From Zootoca vivipara (Eukaryota): a DNA stretch of 64,000 nt. This document shows positions 23,371 through 36,478 of the stretch, one piece after another (position 1 is the first letter of the stretch; every line of letters starts with the position of its first letter). The stretch covers positions 27,962,001-28,026,000 of the forward strand of contig NC_083289.1 in assembly GCF_963506605.1 (NCBI RefSeq), read 5' to 3'. A model generated the notes under the pieces. It was not told the origin of the DNA. It made no database searches and saw only the letters and a list, made by a program, of their open reading frames with translations. Position numbers and translations under genes: made by a program.

Positions 23371-24405
23371 CTCCCACCCGCCTACCCTTCCTGGCTCTTG
23401 GCTTACCTCCGCCTGCTGGTATTTGTGGAGCAGCATCTAGAGGGCTACATAAGATCCCCTGCCCCTCCTCTCCCCAAGATCCGCTTCCCCAGAGCTTCTC
23501 CCTGTGGCACATCTCCCTTCCCCTTTGGCAGACATGCAGGTCACTTGCGTATGGGTTCCTCTCCCAGAGTCTGTCTTCCCCTATCTGGTGCCCTACAGAC
23601 TGTTTTATGACTTCCATAATCCCTGACCATTGACCATACTGGTTGGAGCTGATGGGAGTTGTCATCCAATACATTTTGGAGGGTGGCCAGTTGGAGAAGA
23701 TTGCCTTAATGCCTTCTTTCTCTCCCCCCCCCCCCGGCAAGGAGAGCAAGTTGTGCTGAAATTGGAAGTGCAGAGTTGGCTACAGAAACAATATTTTAAT
23801 TCTTTGGTTGTATTCTTTTCGTTTTGTTACTATCATTTACTTTTGTTTAAGATGACTATTGTAAACAACCCTGTGATTCTGACAGCCTAGAAATATAGTA
23901 AAAAAACAATGAATAATATACTAGTACAGTAGTGCTCAATCCATGATCAATACTGCTAAGGCCAGCACAAATTTGTGCCACTCCCTGCCACACTTTGCTG
24001 TGGGGTCTGGCTGTCCAACCTCTCCAAGCTGCCCTCTCCCTGGCCCCTTTTCATTCAGTGTCTCTGGATGTCCCAGTCTTCAGGCAGGGTACCTCCTTTG
24101 TCTTTGGCTGCTAAACTGCATAATCCAAGCCTCTCCAGTAATTTGTGGGATATGTGCTCTGCTGGTAAACTCAATCAACTGCAAGTAAAATGAGGATTTA
24201 GAAAGGCTTCAGTTTTCGAATCTGGAGAGTTACTGCCAGTCAGAGCATGTATTAATATGAAAGTGGACCTGCCATTCTGATTCATTATGAGGTATTTTCG
24301 CTGGAAGTTTTAGAGGAAGGGGAGATGTCCTAGGTGGCTGAAGAGACTTGGAAGAAACCCACAAAGATGGTGCTGCCATTTTAAAATTTACCTATACCCC
24401 ACATT

Positions 24406-24738
24406 GGGACACGGGTGGTGCTGTGGTATAAACCACAGAGCCTAGGGCTTGCCGATCAGAAGGTCTGGGATTCAAATCCCCGCAACGGGGTGAGCTCCCT
24501 AGCAGTTTGAAAGCATGTAAAAGTGCAAGTGGATAAATACGGTAGGTACTGCTCCAGCGGGAAGGTAAACAGCGTTTCCGTGTGCTGCTCTGGTTCGCCA
24601 GAAGTGGCTTAGTCATGCTGGCCACATGACCTGGAAGCTGTACACCGGCTCCCTCAGGCAATAAAGCGAGATGAGCGCCGCAACCCCTGAGTCATCCACG
24701 ACCGGACCTAACAGTCAAGGGTCCCTTTACTGTACCTT
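24406..24738 (+). mobile_element. Sauria-type SINE, near full length
   Basis: GGGACACGGGTGGTGCTGTGG head; 13-bp TSD TATACCCCACATT (24393-24405, 24739-24751). Confidence 0.92.
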
Positions 24739-24952
24739 TATACCCCACATTCAGGAACATCCCTGGGCAGCTTACGAATAATTAACATTCCAGTAAAACA
24801 AAAGCATTAAAATACCACAATAAAAAGGAACATTATAAAGAAGATAAGTTTGCTTTGGATGTCATTATCAGTAGCTAGTAAGAAATGTCAGAGTGGCAGG
24901 ATCTGCTGACAACCCTTCTTCTCTGTGCTCTTTTGTAAGAGTGTCTGAGAGA

Positions 24953-27900
24953 ATGAAGATCAATACAGACGAAAGTAGTGAGTCTGAGAACGAAACTGAT
25001 GAAGACGAAGATGAGGATGACGAAGGGGCCCTGTCAGATGAGTCTGCCAATGAATGCCTTAAGAGGCTTGATGCAGAAAACAAGGACAAGCAGCGAACCC
25101 AGGGCCAAGGGTACAAAGGCACTAGGCCACCAGGGGAGAAGAATGACCAGCCGAGTGTCTCCCTGATCGATTTGGAGGAGCAACTGGCAGAAGAATGTGA
25201 GCTGGAAGAGACAACGAGGAGGAAGAAGAAGAAACACAGGTGGGCCACTTCTGGGTTTCCCCCTTGTGAATCTCTTCAGGGCAAGCTGTGCAGTTTCCAT
25301 TCACACTTAGGAGTGCAGACACCACCGCTGTTGGAATCCCACAGTTCTCTACTTTGGCCCCCCAAGTCATTGTGTTCTGTGCCCCAAGGGTCAAGGCCTG
25401 GTGGGTTGGCCCCATGTTTCCATAGGCATTTCCCCTCCCAGCTTGTCAGCTCAAGGTTTGCTCTCCCCAGCTGCTGAGCCACTGTTCCATCTCAATTCCA
25501 GGCTGCTGTCCATCAACCTCGCCAGCTGCAAATATGAGAGTGGTAAGTTAGGGTTGCTTCTTGGTGGCTTTCTCCTGTACCCTGAGAGCATCATCACATG
25601 GGCCCTGGTTATTGCTTGGTCTCCTGAATTGGCTTTATGCCACTCACAGGAAGGAACCAACAGCAGTCAGGGTGACTCCAGGCAGCTTCTGAATTGGTTG
25701 GGCTAGGGGATCTGTGAGGCACCTGCATTAGGATAGAAGTTCCCAGGGTCACTTTTGTTTTGGAGGGTTGCTCCCCCCCCCGCGCCCGCCAGAGGGGTGA
25801 CTCCTGCTGTTCAGATGGTAGCTGCGCTCCCGCTGCCACATGCAAGATCCAGAGGGGTTCCAGTGCCTCTTGGATCCATGTGGCACTCTTTCTTTTGCTG
25901 CAGTTAGGCGTGCTGCTCGACGCTGTGGTTTGAAAGAAGTGGGGGAGGACGAGGAGTGGACCGTTTGCTGGACTGACTGCTCGGTCTCCCTGGAGCGTGT
26001 CATGGAAATGAAGAGGTTTCAGGTAGCTGGAGCAGAGCCAGAAGGGAGGGAGCTGTGGCTGGCAGGCAGGTTGGAGTCGGGAAGGGAGATAGCTAGTCTC
26101 TGACATGTCACAGCACTTTTGATCTCTTACGCTGCCTCAGGCAGTTCTGGGATTTGAGTGGCTTGTGCCCCTCTGCTGGGGCAAGCCCCTGGTGTCAATC
26201 AGCACATTTGTCCATGGGCATAGCCAGGATGTTTGTTAGTGGGAGCAGAACTTCAGTTGGCTACTGATTTTTATTGATGAGGGGGGCAACTGCCCATGCA
26301 TCTGTCCGATTAAGCTCTGGCTCTTCCATGGCTTTGCCACTACCAGGAGGGCATGTCTGTGTGCACTCCACTGCCTTGCTCTGATCCAAATTATCACAAG
26401 GAGAGGGTGGTGGGCAAGGTCTGGCTGCAACCCCTCCTAGACAGACACTGCTTAGCCACAAATTAGACTACCAATGGCAAAGCATTGTTAGACGGGCTCC
26501 CTTTACTTGCAACCTTTGCTTGGTACAGCAGCTAGATTGTAAACATTTATGTTGTGAACTGTCCTGAGATCTTCAGATGGAGGGTGACATATAGATTTAA
26601 TAAATAAATAAAAATAAACCAACCACTTGCAAAATATCCTGCCATCAGCATCTGCTGCACTGGTTCCTGTGTATTTCTGAGTTCAATTCAAAGTGTTGGT
26701 TTTTATGATTGATTGTACTCAGTTTTAATATGGAAGCTTTCTAGGGAATCCTACAAGAAAATTCCCCAGGCAGTTTCTACATTAAAATGGATATTGGAAG
26801 GTGGTGTAAAAAATACCCTAAACAAACAGCAACACTCCTTTCCAGAGGTGCTGGTGATTCTCTTCCTCTGTCCCTGCTCTATTTTCAGAAAATCAACCAC
26901 TTCCCAGGCATGGCAGAGATCTGCCGCAAGGACCTGCTTGCCCGCAACCTCAACCGCATGCTTAAGCTCTTTCCCAAGGAGTACAGCATCTTCCCACGCA
27001 CCTGGTGCCTGCCAGCTGAGTGAGTGAGGGGACTCTGATCCAAGTAGTGGTGCTGGGGGAAGGGCAAGCAGTGGGCCACTGTTGAGGAGGGGCTTCTATC
27101 ACTTAGTCACCCTATGCCAGTTCTGGAGCACACACATGCACCCTCATGCACCAAGAACAATTCCTGCCACTGGCTTGAGGGCACCCTTTGTGGAATCTCC
27201 CATATGCCAGCTTTTGTGTTGTCCCTTTATAGCTATGGGGACTTCCAAGCCTATGGGCGCATGAGAAAGAACAGAACTTACATCTGCAAGCCAGATAGCG
27301 GCTGCCAAGGACGGGGCATCTTCATCACACGCAATCCCAAGGAGATCAAGCACGGCGAGCACATGATCTGCCAGCAGTACATTGCCAAGGTGGGCCTGGT
27401 GGACACTGAGAGAGAATTGCCTCCCTTTGCCTAAATGCACAACTCCTGCCCTCTTAGCATAGCTGGTTGAGAAAGCTGGCCTTGCCTGGGGATATTTGGT
27501 GCAAGACTCCTGAGCTTACTGGCTGTCTGCCCCTGACCATCAATCACAGACCCACCCCTCTCTCTGCAGCCCTTCCTCATTGATGGCTTCAAGTTTGACA
27601 TGCGCATCTACGTCCTGGTCACCTCCTGCGACCCACTGAAGATCTTTGTCTATGAGGAGGGGCTCGCCCGCTTTGCCACCATGAGGTACATCGAGCCCAG
27701 CAGCAGCAACCTGGTAAAGAAGGGATGTTTCCCAGGAACTGGCATTTGCTTTGTAGAATAATAAGTTGTTGTGGTGCCTGATGTGATTTCTGGGAGCTCT
27801 CCAAGAGGGGGTGGATGGATGTAGTGTCCCTGTGGCACTTTGCAAGTGAAAGGTCAACCCAGATCAATGGAGTCTTGCTTGAGAGATGCTGTCAGGAAAA

Positions 27901-30900
27901 TGAACTGCCCTCCTTGCATCCCATGACAGACAGCACTGAGACATGTGGGCAAGAGGGTTCTGGCGCTGCTCAGGCAGGACTGATGAATGCTGTTGGTCCA
28001 GGGAACCTAGGCAGGAAGGGAACAGGCCTCCAGGTGCGGACAGTAAACCCTTCCACTGTCTCTCTTGCAGGAAGACATATGTATGCACCTGACCAACTAC
28101 GCCATCAACAAGCATAACGAGAACTTTGTGCGTGATGACAATACAGGCAGCAAGAGGTATTTTCCTTGCCAAGCCCCCTGCAGGAGCAGAGCTGGGCCTT
28201 CTGCTTGGGGGCAGCTACCTTCTGCTAAAGTGACTGCTTAGATGGGCAGAGGCAGCTGGAAGCAATGCAAGCTGGAAGGACAGTGCAGGGTGGGGGACAA
28301 TGTACGGGTTCAGGTTTCCTCTTAGCCAGAAACTTATCCAAGACCATCAGTATTATGGAGGAGGGGTAGAGGGTACACATTTTATATGGAGAAGATCCCA
28401 TGTTCAATCTCTGGTAGCATCTCCAACTAAAAAAAATGGCTGAAAGCAGGAAGGGTCTTAATGCTTGTTTGGAAATATGCCCTGCCGAAAGGAGACTGTC
28501 CTGATATTCTTGCTAAGCCCCTTTCTTTGTGGTTGTGGGGATCAGGGTTTGGGGTTTGGCCACCCTCAGGAGCAGAGTCTGGCCTTGACATCCCTGCAGC
28601 CCATTTTCCTCCCCATAGGAAGCTGTCCACGCTGAACAGCTGGATGCGGGAGCACAGCTATGATACGGCCGAGCTGTGGCGGGACATTGAGGACATCATC
28701 ATCAAGACCCTCATTGCTGCCCACCCAGTGCTGAAGCACAATTACCGCACCTGCTTCCCCAATCACATATCAGGCTGCGCTTGCTTTGAGATCCTAGGCT
28801 TCGACATCCTCCTGGACAGGAAGCTCAAGCCTTGGCTCTTGGAGGTACGTGGGGTGCTGTTGTCCTTCTGAAGCAGAATTCCCAATGGCAGCCTGCACTA
28901 CTTCTCTTCAGCAAGACCCTTCAATCTCTGCAATTCAATGATTCTAATCCCAGGAACACTCTCAGACCTCTCTTCAACACTCTTTTGTTCTCGATCCCAA
29001 CAAAGTCTGGGAAGAGTCTCAAACTCTTCCTCAATAGTTCCTTCTCCCCGATCCAGCTAGTCTCCAACACTCAGTGGTAGATGGTAGATACAAGTAAGTC
29101 CCAGGTTCAATCCAAGTAGGGTTGAGAGAGAGAGACTCCTCTCTCCTGTCTGAAACCCTGGAGAGCTGCTGCCAGTCAGTGTAGACAATATTGAGTTAGA
29201 TGGACAAAGGGTCTGACTGGGTATAAGGCAGCTTCCTTTGTTCCTATGTCTACTCTTTTGTATCTTGAAAGAAGCAGGAAAGATGTCTAAATACCTTGGA
29301 AGTCAGAGGTGAGGTGGGGTGGGTATCTTCAGACAATAGTAACACAAACTGGCACATGAAACTGAATCAGAATGCTTCCAGATCTGAATTAAAATTGTCA
29401 ATCCTGATTGGCTGCAAATGTCAAACTTCTCCCCACACCCTCCAAGGTATGCCATCCTGTTGTTCATTCCCAGTCGAGCCACTTCAGGCCCCTGGGGAAC
29501 ACGTTCCGTCTCCCTGAAACACCCATGTGATCCTGACTGCTCCAGTGTTTTACTACACGCTACCTAACTAGCTGCAACTGTATACAAAAAACTGCAAACT
29601 CTTTCTTGAGAAAAACTAAGCATCAGAATAGATGCCTCTGTCCTGAAGGAGTGGAGGTCCCGAAGTCTCATGGGCCAAACCAGATCCCAGAGTGGCTACC
29701 TTGTAAGAAGCTGCATGTAAAACCCAGGCCATTCTCCATTGCTCTTTCCCCTCCAGGTCAACCACTCCCCCAGCTTCACCACTGACTCCCGCCTGGACCG
29801 TGAAGTGAAGGATGCCCTGCTCTGCGATGCCATCAACCTTATCAACCTGCGTGCTTGTGACAAGAAGAAGGTGCTAGAAGAGGACAAGCGGCGGGTGAAG
29901 GAGCGCCTCCTCCAAGCCCACCAGCCGCCCCGAGAAGCCAGGTAACCCTGGGAGGGGCCCAGCCTGACTGTGGCTGTACTAAGTGCCTCCCTTGTCCTGG
30001 CCATGCTGCCTCCTTCTCCCCCAGAAGCAGCTTTTCCTGGCTTTGCCTTCAGAGACGCCCAACACCCAGTCCCCACAGCCTTGTCAGGTTGCATGTTAGC
30101 CTCCAACCACCATGAGGGAGGGGAGAAAATGGAGCAAGGTGCTAATCAGATGGGTTTGCGTTTATTTCTCTGGTCGTGTAATGGGCCATGAGGCAGTGCA
30201 GGAGTCCTGGGTCCTGGCATGTGGGTCATTGGTTGCCTTGGCAGAAGCTGTGCAACACCCCATGCAGACAAGGTGGGGGAGCAGGGGGGAAGAGAGGGAG
30301 GAAAATGGCTTGGGTACCAGTGACAGGGGAGGCCAAGGGGGGGGGGACTCAGAGGACAGCAGTGCCCATTAGTCTCTCCCTCCCCGGCAGAACCTAGGAT
30401 TTCTCTACTGCCGGGGCCCCAGCCTGAACTCTCTCGATCTGCAGGCGGGAGCAGTTGGAGAGCAGTCAGGCTGCCTGGCTGGCCCAGGCCGAGAAGTACG
30501 AGAGCAGCCACCTGGGTGGCTACCGAAAGATCTTCCCATCGCGGGGCACAGAGAAGTACACCCCTTTCTTCAAGCACAGTGGATCCCTCTTCCAAGAGAC
30601 CGTGGCCTCCAAGGCCAGGGAAGAGTGTGCCAGGTAGGGCAAGCGGAAGCCGTTCCTCACAAGGCAGGCTGAGCCAGGCCTAGTCCTTGCATGTACACAC
30701 ATATGGACATGCAAAAGGATGACATACCGACACGCCGTGTCTTGTGTCTTCTGTCAGGCAACAGCTGGAGGAGATTCGCCAGAAGCAGGAGCAGAGGGAG
30801 AGCACAGCTGCAAAGAAGAAGAGGGACGTGAAGGAGAACTTGCAGGGGGAGTCAGCAGGGGAGAAGGGGAAGGGCAAGCCAGCCCTCACTCGCATAGCCT

Positions 30901-33360
30901 ACAGCCACAGCAAGACCTGGAACCCAAAGGTACCTCATGGGGGAGTGAGGAGCAGCTCTTGAGTCCCTCCCTCTTCTAACACCAGGGAGGAGGAAGGACT
31001 TTCAAGGCCAGCTGCTGCACCTCGAGATGGAACTATTCTACTTTAAGAGCCTGGTGAATGTTTCTTTTTAAAAACTTGGGTGGTTAAAATCTTCTGCCTG
31101 CCCCAGGGAGAGGTGAGGGATCCCATAGTCCCACCCCAGCCTCCCTGCCCCTTTCCATAGCTATTGCCCACATATATTCAGCCATAAATGCAAGCAGCCT
31201 CTTTTTGCTGGAACTGAGTTTGCAGTTCTGAGGGAGCCAGTGGCTTTCCACATGCAATGCAATCACAGAAGGGTCCTTTTTTGCCTTTGGGCAACTTGGA
31301 GCTTGAAAGAGCCTGAGTCCTGCCAGACCTGGCGATAAGGGTGGGCCTTGTGCTTTGTCTGGCATGGCTGCAGAGGAGCTGGCCAGAGGGCTCTGTGGGA
31401 TACAAGCTGCAGGGCAAAACAATATATGGGGGCTAAAGCTGGAACACAACGTCATCAGTCTTGGCCTTACAGAATTAGATCTGGTTTTGCTTCTTATGTG
31501 GAGGAGCAGGTGTGTTGTTTTGTTTTCTGTAAGCTGCTTGTTGAGCTGTTAAGGATCTAAATACCGGTATCTAAAATGAGCCCAGCTCCTCTTCTCAATT
31601 CTGACCCAGGCTGCCTTCTTCTCTAGATGTCCTCCATACCATATGACAGCATGACCCCCCAGGCCATCGTGGAGGAAGAGGAAGTGGAGAGGGTCAAAGC
31701 CCTCTTACGGAGGGAGAACCTCATCCGAGGGCTGGGCATTGTCGACCAGCTGACACGCCTGCTCCGCAACACGGAACCCAAGCCTGTGGAGGTCCAGAGG
31801 CCACATATTAACATCTCAGAAAGCCAGGTACGCAGGTGCTGTTTCCACACCCCAAGAACCACACTGGATGGAAAGTCTTGGAGGAGATTTCTCTCTAGCA
31901 AAGGAGGAGGGTTGGAACAAACATTGTTCCCTAGCTCTGGAGGGAGCTGGGTTCCTGCTCCTGCCATGCAATCAGCCTGCCTTGCTCTCCGGCTTTGTTC
32001 TCTGTCTGCAAAGCAGAAATCCTTCTGACTAGTATCAAAGGGCCAACTGTTGTGCCTTACCAAGGCTACGGAAATGTTTAATGGCTGGTTTGGGGGAACA
32101 TGACCAATGGGGAGTGGATGCCTGCCATTCCCTTTGGCTGTGCTATCTGGGTCTTTGTAAAGAAGCGGTCAGTGTGGGAGGGGGACACCTCAAAACCTGG
32201 CAGCAGCCACAGGTGACTCCTGTAAGGTCCCCTATCCAAGCCTCACCCTGCTGCTTTTTTCTTCCAGCCTCAATTTCTCCAGGATCTGTTTAATAACCGA
32301 GAGCCCCAGAATCTGATGACCCTCGTCCCCCTCTCCCTCCTAGGGGGCTCCGTCCAGGAGCTGGGCCAGCAGATCATGCAGCAGCATCCCACAACCCGTG
32401 TCCAACTACTGGGAAACCAAGGATTCATCCCAACCATTTTGGGCGCCCTGTCGGGCCTGGGCCAGTCTTCCCATGAGTCCTGCTCCACACACTTCAAGCC
32501 ACAGCTCCACATCCAGCCCCCCAAGAACATGAACTGGTTGGGTACAGCCATGGTGGGCGAGCCGGGTTCTCTGGCCCGGATGCTGAAGGCAGGAGGGCGC
32601 CGGTTTGGCAGCGCCAAGAACAAGCTGGAAGTTGGTGAGTATTGCGGGTGAGAGACTTGTGGTCTTCTGGTGCTGCCCCAGTTGCTCCATGACTACTGCC
32701 AGCAGCAGCAGGAGGGTTGAGACACCAGGAAATGTAACCTTTCCCTGTCTGCGTGCTCAGGAACCCCAAGACTCGGGAACAGGGGCAACATGAGGGCCAC
32801 AGCCTGCAGTGGAGACAGGGCAAGCAAGTATCCTGGCAGGTGTGTCCAGCAGTGGTGCCCAGGGGCAGCCAGACCACTGAGGAGCAGGGAGCACAGGCGG
32901 TCTTCTTCAGCACCACCACCTCCTCCTCCCTCCCCCAGCATCTTGCTTGTCCTACGGGCATGGAGCCCGGCCACCCATGCCTCTCTCCTCCTCCTCTTTC
33001 AGGCAGCCCTGCAAGCAAGCGGCCCCTGTACATGAGCTCCGGTTCCCTGAGCTACCTGTCGCACGGTGGCAAAGCTACCAGCCACATGTACAGCAGCTTT
33101 CCCTTCCCCTCTGCGGCAGCTCCACTAAACCGCGCTGACCTGCACGGACTGGCCATCAATTCTGCGTCTGCCCCGCTCATCCGGCGCACCAGCCCACACC
33201 GCTCCAGCAACATGGCCACTCTGCATCTCAACCAGTCCAGGTAACCTCCTCATCCTAGGCCCGCTCAGGCAGCAGCAGGATGGACCCTGCTAAGAAGGTC
33301 CTCCAGCCAAACTTCCTCATGATCTCCTTGTCTTTCTCCTCCCCCAGGAAAGGCACTTGA
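24953..33360 (+). CDS. TTLL13: Tubulin polyglutamylase TTLL13 (~851 aa; 3' end tentative)
   Basis: Exons 24953-25239, 25502-25542, 25904-26022, 26889-27019, 27233-27389, 27570-27713, 28071-28156, 28619-28844, 29757-29941, 30445-30633, 30758-30929, 31627-31827, 32268-32634, then probably 33003-33240 and 33348-33360. TTL motifs [62 protein letters not shown]; acidic N-terminus. Position between GDPGP1 and NGRN distinguishes it from TTLL6. ATTAAA at 33780-33785. Confidence 0.9.
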
Positions 33361-33809
33361 CTTGACCTCTTGGCAGAACAGCAATCCAGGAGCCAGAAGA
33401 GCTGGGGGACTTCGTTGCTGCGGCCTGTGCCAAGAGGGGCAGTAGAGGAGGTGAAGCCCCTGCTCTGTGGAGGCAGTGGCAGCAGCAGCAGCAGCGGCCT
33501 GGTGCCATGGCCCTGGGCATAACACATCCACCCCAGCCAGGCAGTCGTCCAGGAGCCCCTTGCCAACCTACTCCTCCATGCCAAAATCATTTCCCCCTTT
33601 CCCCACTCCAAAGCAGCAGCAACAAATTCTAAGAACAGTATTAGGCACCTTTGGCCATGCCCCCCTTCCTCCATGCCAACTCCCCTGTCACCAATGCCAG
33701 TCACCCTGCCAAAGGCCAGGTCCCAATCCTGAAGAGCACTATGGGCTGGGAACGGAGTTTCTTTTGTAGCCGACTTTGTATTAAAGTTTTATACGGTTAT
33801 ACAATATGG

Positions 33810-33811
<2 letters not shown>

Positions 33812-33881
<70 letters not shown>
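33812..33881. repeat. (TC)n microsatellite
   Basis: About 35 perfect dinucleotide units just downstream of the TTLL13 poly(A) signal. Confidence 0.97.
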
Positions 33882-33883
<2 letters not shown>

Positions 33884-34002
33884 TTGACTTGCAAAGCACA
33901 TCATCTTGTTCTCCCAGCAGCTACCCTCCTTGCTGGGAGCAGGAACAGGGACTTCCTTACCCCCAAAAGTTTTTATCCCTCTCTCATAGCACTAGAGCTT
34001 GC

Positions 34003-34350
34003 AGACACCCAATGAAGCTGAATGTTGGAAGATTCAGGACAGATAAAAGGATGTCCAGCACACAGTGCAGAGTTAAAACTATGGAACTCCCTCCCATAGG
34101 AAGCACTGAAGGCCACTGAGTTTGATGTTTAAAAGAGGATTAGACAAATTCATGGAGGAGAGGACTATCGATGGCTAGTAGCCACAGTGCCTATGCTCTG
34201 CAGCCATAGTTGGAGCCAGCAATGCTTCTGAATAGCAATTGCTGAAACCACAGGAGGGGAGAGGGTTCTTGAGCTCAGATCCAGCTTGCAGGTTTACCAT
34301 GAAGGCATCTATTTGGCCACTGTGGGAACAGGATGGTGGATAGATCCAGC
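34003..34350 (+). mobile_element. Old CR1 LINE 3' fragment
   Basis: CCAATGAAGCTGAATGTTGGAAGATTCAGGACAGATAAAAGG...TTTAAAAGAGGATTAGACAAATTCATGGAGG resembles the end of CR1 ORF2 plus 3' UTR. Confidence 0.7.
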
Positions 34351-34775
34351 AAGCTCTTCAAAGAGGCAGAGGAATACAAAGAGTTCATTGTTCTTTGCCC
34401 TTCATCATACTTGAATTTCAGTGAAAGGGATGCAAAGGGGGCCATGGGTGTAGGCAGGGGAGCAGCTGCCCCCTAAATCAAGTAAATAAATAAAAATACT
34501 TAGCTAACTGACCAATCGTATCGCAGGTAGCGATTCTGCCCCCCCCCCCAATAAATCCTGGCTATGTTCATGGATGGGGGCTCTACTATTTACTGCTAGG
34601 CAAACTGCGGCAGACCCTACCCCACCCAGGGCTGGCCTCCTGAGTGGGATGAAAAGCATAAGCCTCCAGGTCCACAAAGTTTACAGGGAAAAACGGGATG
34701 GACCTTATTTTAGGGGTACAGTATCCAGTTTGCATGCAGCAAGTCCTAGGTATATTCAGTGAAAGACTCTCCTGA

Positions 34776-35283
34776 AGAGTACTGTGTCCAGTTCTGGGCA
34801 CCACAGTTCAAGAAGGATACTGACAAGCTGGAACGTGTCCAGAAGAGGACAACCCAAATGGTCAAAGGCCTGGAAACGATACCTTATGATGAGGAACGGC
34901 TTAGGGAGCTGGGTATGTTTAGCCTGGAGAAGAGAATGTTAAGGGGTGATATGATAGCCACGTTCAAATATATAAAAGGATGTCACATAGAGGAGGGAGA
35001 AAGGTTGTTTTCTGCTGCTCCAGAGAAGCGGACACGGAGCAATAGATTCAAACTACAAGATAGGATTCCACCTAAACATTAGGAAGAACTTCCTGACAGT
35101 AAGAGCTGTTTGGCAGTGGAATTTGCTACCAAGGAGGGTGGTGGAATCTCTTTCTTTGGAGGTCTTTAAGCAGAGGCTTGACAGGCATATGTCAAGAATG
35201 CTTTGGTGGTGCTTCCTGCTTGGCAGGGGGTTGGACTGGATGGCCCTTGTGGTCTCTTCCAACTCTATGATTCTATGATTCTA
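34776..35283 (+). mobile_element. CR1 LINE 3' end (ORF2 C-terminus, frameshifted)
   Basis: [22 protein letters not shown]...[22 protein letters not shown] followed by the tail CCAACTCTATGATTCTATGATTCT. Confidence 0.92.
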
Positions 35284-35502
35284 AGAGCCGCTGCCAGTCT
35301 GTGTAGACAACACTGAGCTACAGGGATTCCGCATCAGGCCATTACCTCCGAGGCGCGCTTTTCCTACTGAAACTGAGATGGGCTAAGCTCGGCCTCAGTC
35401 GCGCCGGTTCCGGATTGCGCCCTCCCTCCGGAAGTGCCCGCTCCGCCCCCATGTACTCCTGGGCGGCTCTGCCTCGCCACAGTCTCTTTCCTCTGAGCTA
35501 CA

Positions 35503-36478
35503 ATGGCCGGGTCTGGGCGCTTCGTGGGTCTGCGGCGGGTGGCTGCTCGGCTGGCGGCGAGAGAGGCAGAAGGCAAACTGCCCGAGGAGCAGCCGGAGGT
35601 GGAGCAGGAGGTGGAGAGGTAGGGCCCGATCTCCCGAAAGCTTCCCTCCCTGGCCCAGGAGCCCCCCTGCCCGAGACGCTCATTCGCTCTCTCTCTTCCC
35701 CCGACAGGTTGCTGCAGCGCCAGGAGAAGGCGATCCGCCTGCGCAAAATCCAGAGGCTAATGGAACCGCGCGGCCCCCCCGAGCGCACCCTGACCCGCCA
35801 GGCCATGGAGCAGATCCGGTAAGAACGGAGGCAAGGGAGGTCGACCGCGGAGAAGGTGGCGGCGCCGGCAGCTCGCGACGAGCCGCGTCTCTCTCTCTCT
35901 CCGCCCCAAGCGGGGCGCGGGCTACGCTTCTCCAACGCGCCTCTCTAACTTCTCTTTCTCCCTTTTGCGCCAGGTACCTGAGGCAGGAGCTGCCGGAGGA
36001 ATGGCCCGTCTCCCGCCTGGCGCGGAGCTTCCAGGTGGAACCCGGGGTCATCCTTCGAGTCCTCCGGAGCAGCTTCTCTCCTCCACCGGAGCGGAGCGCC
36101 AAGCAAGACGCCAAGGTCGCCGCCAATGTGGCCTCCGCCCCCGAAAGCAGCGCCCGCCCCAGGATCGTCGTGGCCACCGAGGCCTCCGGCCATCTACTGC
36201 CCGCCCCCGGCGCTGCTACTGCGCTCTCCCGGCCAGTCGCCCCCAAGGCGGCACGTGCGGGCCCCTCTGCGCCGAAGAAGAAGCAGCAGCAACAGGAGGA
36301 AGAAGAAGACGAGGAGGGGGAAGGTCGGGGTTGGCGGGCCCCGAGCCCTGCGGAGCTGGAGGCGATGGTGGCTGAGGGCACCTGGGAGTCCCAGCTGAAA
36401 GTCGTACAGAAGGGCCGAGAGTTCTTCGACAGCGATGGGAACTTCCTTTACAGACTCCCCCAAACCCATCAGGCCTGA
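35503..36478 (+). CDS. NGRN: Neugrin (243 aa)
   Basis: Exons 35503-35618, 35708-35818, 35974-36478. QEKAIRLRKIQRLMEPRGPPERTLTRQAMEQIRYL...W.VSRLA..F...VILRVLRSSF and C-terminal VVQKGREFFDSDGNFLYR. ETS site CCGGAAGT at 35428-35435; AATAAA at 37729-37734. Confidence 0.94.

Noticed and set aside
34759-35082. 107-aa ORF as a host gene
   Set aside because: It is a broken CR1 ORF2 fragment.
35680-36381. 233-aa minus-strand ORF
   Set aside because: Antisense shadow of GC-rich NGRN exons.
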